Source: Mobula hypostoma
Taxonomy: Eukaryota
Assembly (NCBI RefSeq): GCF_963921235.1
Contig: NC_086108.1
Span: 46,440,001 to 46,504,000 of the forward strand
Direction: 5' to 3'
DNA: 64,000 bases
Position numbers and translations under genes: made by a program. The first letter of the stretch is position 1. Every line of letters begins with the position of its first letter. The notes beneath the pieces were generated by a model. The model saw only the letters and a program-made list of their open reading frames with translations, ran no database searches and was not told the DNA's origin. Of this stretch, positions 1 through 13,143 are shown one piece after another.

Positions 1-2490
1 AGTTTTCCAAAATTTTAGAAATCATGCCAATCCTTTGCAAACTTCTAAGGAAGTAGAAGCGTTGCCGTGCTTTCTTCGTAATTTCACTTACATGCTGGAC
101 CCAGGACAGATCCTCTGAAATGGTAACAGACTGGAATTTAAAGTAGCTGACCCTCTCCACCTCTGATCCTCTGATGAGGACTGGCTCATGGACTTCTGGT
201 TTCCTCCTCCTGAAGTCAATAATCAACTCCTTGGTCTTGCTGACATTGAGTGAGAGGTTGTTCTGGCACCACTCGGCCAGGTTTTCAATCTCCCTCCTAT
301 AATCTACTGCCAGATGATGACGCCACACTGCCTGATGTCCTAAACCAGTTCTTTGCCCACTTTGATACTCAGAGGGAGGAGGCTGCTCCACTCATCAACC
401 CACCTGATGACAAGTCCACACTGGTCCTTAAGCAACATCAGATGAGATCCACCCTGAGGAAAGTGAATGCAAGTAAGGTAGCTGGCCCAGACGGAGTGCC
501 CGGCCGGGTACTGAAAGCATGTGCCGACCAGCTTGCTGAGGTGTTTAAATATATATTTAACCTCCCACTGCAACGAGCTGTTGTTCCAACATGCCTTAAA
601 ACCTCCACCATCATCCCAGTGCCCAAAATATCAGCTGTGAAGTGCCTGAATGACTATGGCCCTGTAGCGCTGACACCCACAGCCATGAAGTGCTTTGAGA
701 GACTTGTGCTCTCACACATTAAGGCTATAATCCCACCTGATCTGGACAAACACCAGATTGCCTACTGGGCAAACTGCTCCACAAAGGATGCAATCACAAC
801 AGCCCTCCGTATTGCTCTGACTCACTTAGAGGAACCGAACACTTATGTGAGGATGTTATTTGTGGACTTCAGTTCTGCACTTAACACAGTCTTCCCCCAT
901 AAACTGGTCAGCAAACTGAACACTCTTGGCTTTGGTTCCTCCCTGTGCTCATGGGTCATGGACTTTCTCACAGACCGACCACAGCAAGTCAGAATTGGTA
1001 AGCACACCTCCACCACCCTCATCTTAAAAACAGGCACCCCGCAGGGCTGTGTGCTGAGCCCTATGCTCTATACACTCTTCACACATGACTGCACCCCCCT
1101 CTACACCTCCAACTCCATAATTAAATTTGAGGAGGATACTACAGTGGTTGGCCTGATCTCGGACGAGGATGAAACAGCCTACAGGCTTGAGGTGGATCAT
1201 CTGACGGAGTGCTGTAAGGACAACGACCTGGTCCTTAACACTTCTAAAACAAAAGAGATGATCATTGACTTCAGGAGACCGAAGGACAGAGTACACACCC
1301 CCTTCCATATACATGGAGAGGTAGTGGACAGTGTGGAAAACCTAAAGGTCCTTGGAGTTACGTTGTCAAAACAGCTGACATGGACCACCAACACCTCGCT
1401 GCTTGTAAAAAAGGCACAACAAAGAATCTTCTTCCTCAGAAAGCTGAAACAGGCCAAACTTCCACAAAAGCTGTTGCTTAACTTCTACAGAAGCACAATT
1501 GAAACCATCCTGACCAACAACACCACAGTGTGGTATGCCAGCTGCACAGCCGCTGAGCAACAAGACCTGCATGGCGTGGTGAAGGCGGCCCAGCGAATTG
1601 TCAGGATGCAGCTCCCAGGACTGGACACCATCTATTCCAGCAGACTCAGGAGGAAAGCAATCAGCATAACCAGAGACACCACACACCCCGGCCACTCCCT
1701 GTTTGACCCGCTGCCATTCAGCAAAAAGTTCAGGACACTAAAAACCAGAACAAATAGACTGAGGAACAGCTTCTATCCCAGAGCTGTGGCCTCCATCACA
1801 GCACTCCCACAGAACAATGACTGAAACTGTGAGCACAGACATGCACACACGGGGACTCAAATACTGGCACTAACGGCACTTTGTGCATTACTGTGACATT
1901 CTGGTGCTGCTGCAACTTATTTTCTGCTACTTATCTATTTAATACTGTTTTTCTATTATTGTCTTGTTTTTAGCGACTGCTTTATTTAATTGCCTGAGAG
2001 GAAGCCAAACAGAGTTTCATTGTACCTATGTATAATGATAATAAATATCATTCAATTCAACATGCTGATTCGTCCCCACCTTTGATTCAGCCAGTGTGTA
2101 GGCAGCAGTGTATACGACATTGGAGATGTGCTTAGCCTCACAGTTGTAAGTATAAAGTGAGCAGAGCAGAAGGCTAAGCTCACAGTCCTGTGATGCACCA
2201 GTGCTGATGGACATCATGGAGGAGATGTTGTTGCCAATCTGAACTGACTGACACCTGGAAGTGAGGAAATCAAGGATCCAATTGCAGGAGGAGGTATTGA
2301 AGGCAAGGTCTTGAAAGTTATTGGTTAGTTTCAAGGGAATAATAGTATTGAATGCCAAGCTGTGTTCGATAAAGAGCATTCTGATGTAGGCATCTTTGCT
2401 GCCCAGATATTCCAGGCCAATGAAACAGCATCTGCTGTGGCCCTGTTGTGCCGGTAGGCAAATTGCAGCAGATCCAAATCGTTTCTCCCA
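1..2490 (-). mobile_element. Rex1/Babar-type LINE RT fragment, split by the + strand LINE at 302-2060
   Basis: LQFAYRHNRATADAVS / YIRMLFI...AFNTIIP / WILDFLT motifs at 2061-2490; 1-301 continues the same RT. Confidence 0.8.
302..2060 (+). mobile_element. 5'-truncated Rex1/Babar-type LINE with long open RT ORF (to 1824)
   Basis: ORF has KVAGPDG, LFVDFSSA, GTPQGCVLSP and FEEDT (mutated FADD); 3' end AATAAA plus ttcaattcaa tail at 2040-2060. Confidence 0.92.
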
Positions 2491-3722
2491 CAAGTTGGAC
2501 ATTTTACCTGCTCTTTGTTTCGCTTGTCTGTTTTGTTTGAGCTGTGCTCTACTGTCTCCTCATTCTGTAGTCTTTCTGACTGCACCTTATTTGTACCTTT
2601 CTTTTTGTACAGCTTCTAGCTTTACCTCAGCATCGTTTTGTGCCTGAGTCCTGCCTGTTGCAGATGGAAGTTCTCATTCTGCCTGACTATTGTAATAGCT
2701 TTCTCTAGTGTGAGATTTGCACACTAGAGAGGTCGCTCTGACAATTTGGCGCCTAGAAGCCCGACAACAATCCTGTCTCTAATGAGCTCATCTACCAGAT
2801 TTCCATTTGCACAGTTGTCTGACGGGACATACGATGCTGTGATTAAGTCAATTACACTATCATCTGACTCCTTTTGCTGAAGTTAAACTTTGCCTTCTCA
2901 TATATCACATTTCTTTTTCCTGTGAAATATTCTTTGAATTTGTCCTGCACTGTTTTGTACTCCTTTTTCTGAGCATCTTTCAGTCCTATGATGTCATCTG
3001 CTTTGTCATCCATGCAGTATATCAGTGTGTTTACTTGATGCTCTTCTGAAGCCTGAGTGAGATTGTTTGCAACTCTAAATCTCTCAAAGTGTCTGAGCCA
3101 CCACTCAAAGTGTCTCAGTTTAAAGAAATCAAATGTCTTGTGGAGCTTTATTACATAAGTAAATGTCGATACTGCAGATATTTGCTCCATTTTCCTGTTT
3201 GTTTATATATTATTTTATTTATTTGAACTACAAAAATCTTCTTTTTTTCTCTTCCTGAGAGTTTAACTGACTCCTCTGCTGTGTCTGTGGCTCTGTTCAC
3301 TTCCCCAAACTAGTAGCCCATAGATTATTACAACTTATCTACTCTTGGGTGTAGCTGAAAGGTGTTGCCTAGCCACCATGGCCAGGTCTCAGCTGTGTCT
3401 CATGGTGCGTACAATTAGCAACTAGCATAAGCAGTGGATATTTTTCATAGATATACTGTATGCAAACTAAAACAGTCTTACTGTAAATTCTTTCTTGTTG
3501 GGAATCTCCTTTGGCGTGTAGCCCAGATTCATCGACAATCAACCATTTCTGACACCATGTTGTGTTTGCAATGAGGGGAGAGTGCAGAGCACACCCACAC
3601 AGCAGCGTGCAGGCTACACAACTGAACTTTATTGATACCGCTGCTTGCACAATATGTGAGCTCCTCCCATGAGGGAGCAGCTTACTGAGTGGCACAGGAT
3701 TAACCCACTGAATACCACAACA
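2490..3722 (-). mobile_element. 5' part of a Gypsy LTR element: 165-bp LTR (3558-3722), PBS, decayed gag
   Basis: LTR with TGTTGTG...CACAACA termini and minus-strand AATAAA; PBS TGGTGTCAGAA (tRNA-Leu type); gag-like WLRHFERFRVA...QVNTLIYCM...RNVIYEKAKFN. Confidence 0.82.
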
Positions 3723-6700
3723 ATGCTGTTGCCAATATGAGCTGACTGGCATCGCAAGTGAGGAGTCTGAGGATCCAATTGCAGAAGGGGGTATTGAGGC
3801 TGAGGTCTTAAAGCTTATTGATTAGTTTTGAGGGGATGTTAGTGTTGAATGCCAAGCTGTAGTCAATAAAGAGCATTCCGATATATGTATCTTTGCTGTC
3901 CAGATGTTCCAGAGTTGAGTGAAGAGCTGGTGAAATGGCATCTGTTACGGACCTGTTGTGCTGGTAGGCAAATTGGAGTTTATCAAGTTGCTTCTTAAGC
4001 AAGAGTTAATATGTTTCATCACCAATCTCTCAAAGCACTTCATCACAGTGGATGTAAGTGCCACTGAACAATAGCAGGTTACCATGTTCTTCTTAGGCAC
4101 TAGTATAATTGAAGCCTGCTTGAAGTAGCTGGGTACTGCAGAGCGCCAAAGCGAGAGGTTAAAGATATCGGTGAACACTCCAGCCAGTTGATCCACACAG
4201 ATCTCTAGTACTCGGCCAGTTACCCCATCTGGGTCCAACGCTTCTCATGGGTTCGGTCCCCTGAAGGATACTCTCACGTCAGCTTCGGAGACTGAAATTA
4301 CAGGATCATCAGGAACTGTGTGAGTTTGTAAAGATTCCTCCATGTTTTGATATTCAAAGTGTGTCATGGTCTGGTCCGTGATATCTGCGTTCCGGTTCAC
4401 GGTCCGGTCCGTGGACTCCGGACTCCAGCTGTCCAGCTGTCCCTTGTTTTTGTTAGGCTTAATCATAAGCACCTGATGCTCGTCTTGGAGCTGGGAATAT
4501 AAGTGACCCTGGGTTCAAGTGTAGGTGCTGGTTCGTCTCGTCAGTATCCTGTCCTCGCCTCTGTGGGGTAAGTCAGGCCGTCTTTGTCATTACCCTGCAG
4601 TTGGATCTGTCCCTTCCTGTCCTTGCCTCCATTGGGTAAGCCAGGCCGTCTTTGCCATTACCCTGAGGCTGGACTGTTCCTTTCCCATTCCCTTCCTTCT
4701 GGACCCTTGCCTGCAACCTGTGTCTGGAGCCTTGCTGCGTCTAGATAAGGAACTGTCTATCGTTGTTTTGAACTGTCTCTGTGCCCACGCCTTCGCTAGG
4801 TAGGTCCGGCCATTTGCCGCTACCTAGTGTTAGGAACCATCTCGTCGTGTTCAGCATTCTGTGTAGAGCCCCAGCCCCACTCCCGCTCCCAAGGAGGGGT
4901 CCTGGCTCTGTGTTCCATGTCCCTGTGTTCCTGTCTCTCAAGTCCAAGGCTCCGTGTTTCTGTGCTCTAGACCCAGGCTCTGTGTTCCTGTCCTCCCCAA
5001 GACTAAGGTTCTGTGTACTGCATTCCAGTCGTCCCAAGTCCAAGGTTCTGAGGTTTCTGTCATCCCAAGTCCAAGGTTCCGAGGTTTCTGTCAACCCAAG
5101 TCCAAGGCACAGCTGTTCCTGAGTACCAAGTCAAGGCTTTGTGTTCTCGTCCTGTCCATGTGTTTCGTCCTGTACTGGAGTTCCCTTATCTTGCCCAGGA
5201 GTCTCTCGTTCTGTCCTGTAATCTTGCCTAGTCCTGTCTCCCAAGACCACGTCATGTCTTTGCCTAGTTCCGGAGTCCGAGCCCGAGTCAAGACCCAGGT
5301 TCTGGGTCCTTGTCCAGTCCCTGGCTCGGAGTCCAAACCCAAGCTATGTCCAGTCCTGTAGCCATGTCATGTCCGAGCCTAATTCCGGGGTCCAAGCCCG
5401 AGTCAAGACCCAGGTTCTGGGTCCTTGTCCAGTCTCCGGCTCGGAGTCCAAGCCCAGGCTCCTAGTTCCCAGTTCCTTGTCCTGGTCCCGCTCGCCTAGC
5501 CGATCTCTGTGCCCAAGTCTGTGTTCTTGTCCCAGCTCTCTAGTCTAGTCCTGTTCCTAGTACTTCAGTGTCTGTGTCTTGCATTTGGGTCTGCTTCCAG
5601 TGCCCCCACGAATGACAAAGTGAGCATAGTGAACTCATCTAGGAGTGAAGCCTTGTCGCTTGGTTTCACTTTGTAAGATGTAATACCATTCATGCCCTGT
5701 CATAACTGTTGAGCATCCCCCAGTGGATGACTCAAGTTTGGTCTGAAATTGGCATTTCATATGTGAAATGGCTTTCCGGAGATCATACATGGACCTCTTG
5801 TGTCTTACTCGGCTGCCAGACCTGAATGCCTCTGGCCTGGACCTCAGGAGATTGCGGATCTCATGGTTCATCCAGGGCTTCTGGTTTGGGAAGACTCGGA
5901 ATGATCTTGTGGACTCAGACTCAATCACGCCTGTTTAAAAAAGACTGTGACAGCCGTGGTGTATTCATTCAGATCCTATGATGAGTCCTTGAATACAACC
6001 CAGACCACTGACTCAAAGCAATCCCGTAGCTGTTCCTCTGCCTCCCATGACCACCTTTTTGTTGTCCTTATCTCTGGAATTTGCCTCTTTAGTCTCTGCC
6101 TGTATACAGGTAGAAGAAAGATAGCCAAGTGATCAGATTTCCCAAAATGCGGCCTTGGTATGGAATAGTATGCATTCCCAATTGTGGCACAGCAGTGGTT
6201 TAGAGCATTGGGAACCCTGGTGCTGCACGTTATATGCTGATGATAATTGGGCAGAATCCAATTGAAGTCTCTGACTAGATCTGAAATGCGTTAGGGTGGG
6301 TAGTTTCTTATTTGATGGTGGGAGCATTTAGTATCTCGATTCCCTGGTTAACGTTGGCTTTTGGGGTCAGGATCATGGAGGAGATCTCCCTCGGTAAGTA
6401 GAATGGTCAGCACTTAATTATTAGAGGTTCCACATTGGGGGAATGAGTGAGACCATTGTGGCTGAGCACCACAGAGAGTTTATCATGAAATACTGATAAC
6501 TATATTTTGCCTTCTCCAACTCAGCAGTTCAGTCCATCTGGTGTATCAAGAAGCCCTCGGATCTGATCTCTGAATCCCGGGGTGTGTGGAGTGGGCCATT
6601 TCTCTGTGAAACACAGAACACAGCGATTTCTCATTTCCCTCCAGTACAACAAACCTGCCCTTAGTTCTTCGGTCTTGTTCTTCAGCGACTGTACATTTGC

Positions 6701-6915
6701 TAACAAGATGCTGGGTAGAGCGAGTCTCATTCCTCTATGTCAGCCTGGCTTGGAGCCCTCTCCCCCTCCCTCTCTTCCAGCTGTGTCAATGTACCTTCAA
6801 ATGCTCAAAGATGCTGTACCTGTATGCTTGAGAGTTCAGTCTGCCAAGTCCTTCAGAAGATCGTGAAATCGCTAGTTCATTAAGATGGTTCAAAAGTGCA
6901 CTGCTCAAAAGGAAA
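3723..6915 (-). mobile_element. Decayed Rex1/Babar-type LINE (endonuclease + RT), interrupted by a solo LTR
   Basis: ILLANVQSLKNK..CVLCFTE.W (APE start, about 6700), [31 protein letters not shown]; many frameshifts. Confidence 0.85.
4362..5617. mobile_element. Solo LTR (1256 bp) with internal tandem repeats
   Basis: TGTCAT...ATGACA termini; perfect 5-bp TSD AAGTG (4357-4361, 5618-5622); host LINE resumes on both sides. Confidence 0.88.
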
Positions 6916-7043
6916 TTATAGGCTGCAGATTGCAGTGAGCGTAATTCATAAGAGGTATATTTGGAAGATTTGTTAGCAGCCTGCAACATGTTTCCTTGGT
7001 ACACCAGTGCCATCTTGGCTGAAAAGGTTGAAATGTTTTCCAT

Positions 7044-10000
7044 TGTAGTTGTGCTGATACGTGACGAGCAAAAACAACCATTGAGTCGAGCAGGGTCCGG
7101 TTGAAAAACCTTTACTGTTTGAATCGGCGCGCGCTTATGTAACCCACCTCCAGCAACCCCCGCCCTTTGTGGGGCGGAAGTGACGTCGGCTTCCAGGCCA
7201 AGGTCTGCCCCGCACTCAGAGTCCTCTCGGTTTCCGTTGGCTGCGGGCTCGCCGGTGACTGCTGGAGCCGGTTCGCTTGCTGCATGGGTGAACTGCTGCA
7301 TGACCCCGCCCCCCCACCCCAGAACCGGTGATAGGAGACGAGAGTTCGCAGCCTGCACACTCTCAGCTCTTTTAGGTGGCTGCACATCGTGGGGGTGGGG
7401 ATGGCACCACAACCGGGCGTTCAATGTCCAGATGTGCCGGTTTGAGACGGTCAATGGTAAAAGTCTCTTCACGACCATAGGTCAAGAATGCAAGTTGCTC
7501 CATTATGGCGCACCACCTTGTAGGGCCCCTTGTATGGTCGCTGTAGGGGTGGTCTGTGCACGCCTCGGCGAACAAAAACATACTTGCTCTGTTGTAGGTC
7601 CCTGGGCACGAAAGAGGGTGTTGCTCCGTGGTGGGACATCGGGACTGGAGCAAGTGTTCCAAGCCGCTCCTGGAGTTTAGTTAGGACCCCAGTAGATGCG
7701 TCCTCCGGGCCAAGGGGTGCTGGCACAAACTCACCGGGAACTGTGAGTGGGGCACCATAAACCAGTTCAGCCGATGATGCGGCCAGGTCCTCCTTGGGTG
7801 CCGTGCGGAGATACCAAGCAGCGCCCAGGGGAGTTCGTCCACCCAGTCTGGCTCTCGGAGGCGTGCCATCAGGGCCAACTTCAAGTGCCTGTGGAAATGT
7901 TCCACCAGGCCGTTAGACTGCGGGTGGTAAGCAGTTGTTCAGTGGAGCTGGGTTCCGAGCAGTTGTGCCAGTGCAGACCACAAAGCCAATGTGAACTGCA
8001 CAACCCTGTCTGAAGTGACGTGGGCTGGGAGTCTGAACCGTGCCACCCAGGTGGTAATCAGGGCTCTGGCGCATGTCTCCGTGGCCGTGTCAGCAAGTGG
8101 GACAGCTTCCGGCCACCTTGTGAACCTGTCCACCATGGTGAACAGGTATCTCGCTCCTCTCAAAACCGGCAGTGGGCCGACGATGTCCACGTGGACATGT
8201 TCAAACCTCCTATGTGTCGGCTGGAAGGGTTGCAGTGGGGCCCTCACGTGCCTCTGGATTTTGGAGGTTTGACAGTGCGTGCATGTCCGGGCCCAATGGC
8301 CGACCTCCTTGCGTAGGCCGTGCCACGCAAACCTGTCTGCGATCAGCCGGATGGTCGCCCCGATGGAAGGGTGGGCTAAACCGTGCAAGGTGTCAAAAAC
8401 GCGGCGCCTCCAAGCGGTCGGGACAATGGGTCGAGGTTGCCCGGTGGACACATCGCAAAGGAGCTTCTTATCTTCGGGCCCAATGGGTATGTCTTTGAGG
8501 CGGGGTCCTGAGACTGCGGTCCGGTACGCCGACATCTCGCTGCCCAGCCATTGCGCTTCAGCTAACGCTGCATAATCCAGCCCTGGAGACAGAGAGTGCA
8601 CTGATTGGACGGAGGTTTGTGACAGCGCATCTGCCACCACATTGTTCTTCCCGGAGATGTGCTTGATCGTGGTGGTAAACTCCGAGATGTACGACAGGTG
8701 GCGTTGCTGGCAGCCCAACCACGGGTCCAACACTTTGGCAAACGTGAAAGTGAGGGGCTTGTGGTCTGTGAAGACCGTGAACTCTCTCCCTTCCAGGAAA
8801 TACCTGAAGTGCCGGATGGCAAGGTACAGGGCCAGCAGCTCCCTGTCGAAAGCGCTGTACTTAAGTTCCGGGGGTCGTAGGTGCCGGCTGAAGAAGGTGA
8901 GCGGCTTCCACTGACCTTCGATGAGCTGCTCGAGCATGCCGCCAACTGTCACGTCGGAAGCGTCCACAGTGAGGGCAGTGGGGACATCAACCCAGGGGTG
9001 GACTAGAAGGTGGTGCTTGCTAGTGCGTTCTTAGCTTGTTCGAAAGCCGCCTTCGCCTCCTCTGTCCAGGTGACCTCTTTGACCTTGCTGGACATCAAGC
9101 CGAAAAGGGGCCACATGATCCAAGCCGCTAAGGGCAGGAAATGGTGGTAAAAGTTAACCATCCCAACAAATTCCTGCAGGCCTTTAACAGTGCTGGGCCT
9201 GGCGAATTGTCGGATGGCCTCAACTTTCGCCGGCAGAGGAACAGCTCCATGGCAGTCGATCCGGTGTCCCAAGAAGTCGATGGCGGGTAGGCTGAATTGG
9301 CACTTGGCGGGGTTGACAACCAGGCTATAGTTGCTTGGGCAGCGGCAGAGCAGGCGTAGGTGTGCTAGATGTGTCTGTCGGGAGCGGCTGGCGATAAGTA
9401 TGTCATCCAGGTAGATGAACAAAGTCCAGACCTTGCCCTACTGCATCCATCAGGCGCTGGAAAGTCTGCGCCGCGTTTTTGAGCCTGAACGGCATCCTGA
9501 GGAACTCGAACAGGCCAAAGGGGGTAACGAGGGCCATCTTGGGTACATCATCTGGGTGGACTGGGATCTGATGATACCCTCGGACCAGGTCAATCTTCGA
9601 AAAGATGTGCGCCCCATGCAGGTTGGCCGTAGAGTCCTGGATGTGTGTTATTGGATAGCGATCGGACGTGGTGGCGTCGTTCAGCCTCCAATAGTCGTCG
9701 CACAGTCTCCACCCTCCCGCGGACTTGGGCACCATATGGAGTGGGGAGGCCCACGGGCTGTCGGAACGCTGTATAATCCCCATCTCCTCCATCTTCTTGA
9801 ATTTCTCCTTCATAAGGCGAAGCTTGTCGGGCAGTAGCCTGCGGGCCCGGGCATGAAGGGGACGTCCCTGTAGGGGGATGTGGTGCATCACGCCGTGCTT
9901 GGGGTCCATTGAGGAAAACTGTGGTGTGATGATAGATGGGAACTCCAATAGCACTCTGGCGAACTCGTTGTCGGAATAAGTGACTGAGTCCAGGTGCGGG

Positions 10001-11353
10001 GCCGGTAACCTGGCCTCACCGAGAGAGAAAGACTGGAACGTCTTCGCATCGACCAATCGTCGTCCCTTCAAATCCACGAGCAGGCAGTGTGCGCGGAGGA
10101 AGTTCACACCCAGCAATGGCTGTCCATGTAAAGCGGCTGGAACCGAACTGCAAGGGGATGGTTCTTGTGCCGTAGGTGCGGATGGTGCTGCTGTTGGCTG
10201 CCATAAGTTCCGGTCCTGTTCTTCTAGTTCGGGTATCGTGGCTCGAGGGGGGTAGGACATTGATTTCCGCCCCCGTGTCCACCAGGAATCTACACCCAGA
10301 GGGCTTGTCCCAAACGTAGAGGAGGCTATCACGGTGACCAGCCACCGTAGCCATTAGTGACGGCTGGTCCTGGCGTTTCCCTGGAACGAGAATGGTGGCC
10401 GGCATTGGCGGGCCCCGGAACCCCACCTTTGACGATAAAAACACCAAGACTCAGAAGTGGTGCCGACCCTTGGTGTGGGTGTTCAGTGCTCTGCTGCTGG
10501 GGTGTGGGAGGGCTGGGCTTTCGGCCGTGCCACAGCACCAATTTCGATGGTGGTTCTGCCAATTTTTTTGGCGCGCCAAAGCACGTCCGCGCGGGCAACC
10601 ACCCTGCGCAGGTCCCCGAATTCTTCATCTGCTAGCAGGAGGCAGATGTCTTCTGGCATCTGTTCCAAGAAGATCTGTTCAAACAGCAGGCAAGGCTTAT
10701 GGCCGTCTGCCACTGCTAGCATGTCGCTCATCAGGGCTGATGGCGCGCGGTCGCCCAGGCCATCCATATGTAGTAACCGCGCAGCCCGTTCGCGATGGGA
10801 GAGGCCAAATGTGCGGATTAACAGGACCTTGAGTGTCTCATACCTGTCTGTTGCCTGGGGCTGATGCAGAAAGTCGATAATGCGGCCCACTGTCTCTTGG
10901 TCGAGGGCATCCACCACGTAGTAATACCTGGTGGCGTCTGAGACAACTGGCCTGACCTGGAACTGGGCCTCTGCTTGCTCAAACCAGACCAGGGGTTGAG
11001 TGGTCCAGAAGGTTGGCAGTTTAAGGGAAACTGCATTCTGCAGAGCCGAGTTGTTCATGCTGGGTCCAAATGCCGTTGGACCGTCAGGGTCACCAATGTA
11101 GTCGCGCTGATACATGACGAGCAAAATCAACCACAGAGTCGAGCAGGCTCTGGTTGAAAAACCTTTACTGTTTGAGTTGGCGTGCGCTTGAGTAACCTGC
11201 TCCCAGCAACCCCTGCTCTTTGCGGGGCGGAAGTGACGTCGGCTTCCGGGCCGAGGTCTGCCCCACACACAGAGCCCTCTCGGTTGCCGCTGGCTGCGGG
11301 CTCGCCGGCGACTGCTGAAGCCGGTTCGCTTGTTGTGTGGGCGAGCCACCACA
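7044..11353 (-). mobile_element. Structurally complete Ty3/Gypsy LTR retrotransposon (frameshifted gag-pol)
   Basis: 257-bp LTRs at 7044-7300 and 11097-11353; TSD CCAT; PBS TGGTGACCC (tRNA-Trp type); G-rich PPT about 7301-7320; gag LKLPTFW, protease FLVDTGA, RT YLDD, RNase H DAS..ELLA..TDHKPL, integrase HVDIVGPLP. Confidence 0.96.
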
Positions 11354-11804
11354 CCATAATTATATTTACCATGATAATCTTCATCAGTCTCCTTTATAAA
11401 ACAACGGCAAGTGCTTCCTTAAGCACATAAACATGAAGAGGTCAAAGAAAAATGCCTCCAAGAGAAATTAGACTGGGTAATAGTAATGGGGGTCAAGGAG
11501 ATTTTAGTTACACAGATATTTTGATCTTTGACTTAATTATGGAAGATATTACTTAAATCCCATTAATACTAGAAAAAATACAGGGGAGCAATTAAATCTC
11601 CTGGACTTGAAGGTTTGCTAGGATAACCCTGAATATGGAGGCAATGTCTTATGAGAAAACTTTAGAGTTTAGAAGCATGAAATTTTGTCTTATTGAAATA
11701 TAAGAATCACTGAGGTTTAACAGAATAAATGCTTGAAAGATTTCTTCTCTAATGATGTGGATCTTCAGAAGTCCTTGCCCTGGTCATTCCCTGCTATTTG
11801 ACCA

Positions 11805-12373
11805 AGGAGCTGATTATTGAATTCAGAGGAGGAAATCAGAGGTCCATGAATCAGTCATCATCAGGGGATCAGAGATGGAGAAGATTAGCAACTTTAAATT
11901 CCTTGATGTTATCACTTCAGAAGAGCTGCCCTGGGTCCAGCACACAAGTGCCTTCATGAAGGAAGCACAACAAAGATTCAGCATGTATCTAAAACTTCGA
12001 CAAACTTCTGCTGATGTCTGGTGCAGAGTATATTGACAGGTTGCATCATGTCCTGGTATTGATAATCTAATGCTGTCAGATTCACTTGCCCCATCAGTGA
12101 ACTGTTCCCACAATCTATAGACTCACTTTTAAGGACTCTTCATTTCATGTTCTCGATATTTATTGCTTATTTATTTATTATGATTTCTTTTTGTATTTGC
12201 AGTCTGTTTGTCTTTTGCACATTGGTTATTTGTCTGTCCTTTTGGGTTTGGTCTTTCATTGATTCTGTTGTATTTCTTGTACTTACTGTAAATGCCTGCA
12301 AGAAAATGAATGTCAGGGTTGTATATGGTGACGTACAGTATATGCACTTTGATAAATTTACTTTGAACTTTGA
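11805..12373 (+). mobile_element. Rex/Babar LINE 3' fragment
   Basis: KELIIEFRR..FKFL.V remnant; ends in a tttgaactttga tail. Confidence 0.7.
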
Positions 12374-12934
12374 TATTTGTCATTCTTTTATTAGCAAACT
12401 CTTAATCCTTTGTTGATCTGGTTTCTTCTGTGTCTCAGAATCTAGTAACAGGTAACAACAGTAATGCATTTTGTCTAGCTCATCCATCAAAGGCCTGGTT
12501 ATAACTTGAAACCAATAATTCTGTTGTCCAACATAGGGGCACTCTTAGGCACATGTCTACTAGTTTATATTGTAAGAATAGGAGATGTTGTTTCACAGAT
12601 GCAGAATGCAAAAAAAAAGTCTGCTGTTGTGTCAAATCTTTCACCATGTGGCCAAATATCTTTACCTCTTTAAAATACTCTATCCAGCTTCAGAAGATAT
12701 ACATGAATTCATTTTTCTCCTTTTACAGAGTTCTAAAGCACTTGCAATCAGCAAAATATTTAGGAGTATTCAATGTTGTGGTGTAGGTAGCTGAGGGCAC
12801 ATTGAGTATTCACTGGTACAATTTCATCATTGAATACGAGGTGCAGACTTAACTGAGAACGGTTGAAATGTCACCCCTGAATCCCAACATTCTCATACCT
12901 GCTTTGAGTGTGTTTGCTATCTGTTTTAAGCTAT

Positions 12935-13143
12935 AGTTAGTTCCTCTCCATGCCTTGTGGCGTATTGGGCAGCAACATTGGCATTTCTTTAGCATTTGTC
13001 TCTTTTTTTTTAAAACAAGGCCAAGTTGCTAGTTTGACACTCAACCCAGCACAGGTGGAAAGTGGGCAAGGAGCCAGCTGGATTCAAGCCAGGGACCATT
13101 CGCCTGCAAGTCCCGCGCAGATGCTGCTACACAACCGGCTAGT
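12935..13143 (-). mobile_element. tRNA-derived SINE
   Basis: Dispersed copy of 46975-47175; minus-strand head has A-box-like (TGTGTAGCAG) and B-box-like (GCTTGAATCC) motifs. Confidence 0.6.

Noticed and set aside
4525..5361. Several overlapping ORFs of 80-135 aa
   Set aside because: By-products of the low-complexity repeats inside the solo LTR
5041..5455. Repeat array superficially like CRISPR
   Set aside because: Eukaryotic context, no unique spacers, no cas genes; these are LTR-internal tandem repeats
6786..7478. 230-aa minus-strand ORF
   Set aside because: Read-through from the Gypsy integrase end across the LTR into a LINE; not a gene
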